NCBI RefSeq assembly: GCF_003704095.1
Contig: NW_020843511.1
Coordinates: 62,001 to 126,000 of the forward strand
From: Pocillopora damicornis
Lineage: Eukaryota
Length of the DNA: 64,000 nt
Reading direction: 5' to 3'
Both the position numbers and the translations under genes were made by a program. The notes under the pieces are model-generated. The model worked only from the letters and a program-made list of their open reading frames with translations, had not been told where the DNA came from and did not search any database. This document shows positions 63,651 to 64,000 of the stretch, one piece after another; the first letter of the stretch is position 1, and each line of letters begins with the position of its first letter.

Positions 63651-64000
63651 TAGTTAATAGTAGACAAGCGAGCAAAGGCTAAAATGCTCGTAGCGACGAT
63701 CTCGTGCATGCATGCCAATGTGAATGTGTACCATAATGCCCTTTGTAATCAAACGAGAACGATTTATTATTCTTAGTTATGTTCTTTGCTAACAAATCCT
63801 TGTTTATTTTCATTTACGAATTTTTTTTCCACGTCAAGCCTTGAGTCACCATTTCCAGCTACATCGAACATTAGAAAAACAATGCAAGGCTTAAATTCCA
63901 TGAGGTTGTCTGTCTATGGGCCAACCTGGCAATCACCTGATGTTCACAATAACTCAAAGACTGAGGGTTAACCGTTCGCCATAAACAGTCGAATATTGAA

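Overview
This is AT-rich, intron-containing animal DNA. The repeat families and gene content suggest a scleractinian coral (inference, not database-checked). There are three assembly gaps: 40950-41049, 43096-43195 and 55421-55430. Five protein-coding genes fall into two paralog clusters. The first is three closely related orphan class A GPCRs: 16743-17726 (+, intronless CDS), 26170-29976 (+, 3 exons) and 32698-31562 (-, 2 exons). The second is two tandem SLC16/MCT8-MCT10-like MFS transporters: 48060-50945 (+, 4 exons) and 60897->63211 (+, last exon outside the window). The remainder is non-coding DNA rich in MITEs, a tRNA-derived SINE, Penelope-type minimal hammerhead motifs, minisatellites and local segmental duplications around the transporters. 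Five observations stand out. (a) All three GPCRs share an unusual pocket: no D3.32, Arg at 3.33/6.55/7.42, D5.39, no ECL2 cysteine but a C2.64/C3.25 pair, and an acidic ECL2 that is His-rich in two. This points to an anionic or zwitterionic metabolite ligand, next to amino-acid-type SLC16 carriers. (b) An in-frame TAG in SLC16-A is followed by a 15-codon tail ending in a PDZ/CaaX-like motif. (c) A triplicated CACGTG-N6-AACGTG module, with a TATA box in two of three copies, lies upstream of SLC16-B. (d) Two DNA transposon insertions have their empty sites preserved in a paralogous segment. (e) Ultra-short 24-33 bp P-like hairpin elements are present. Most short ORFs in the ORF track are spurious.
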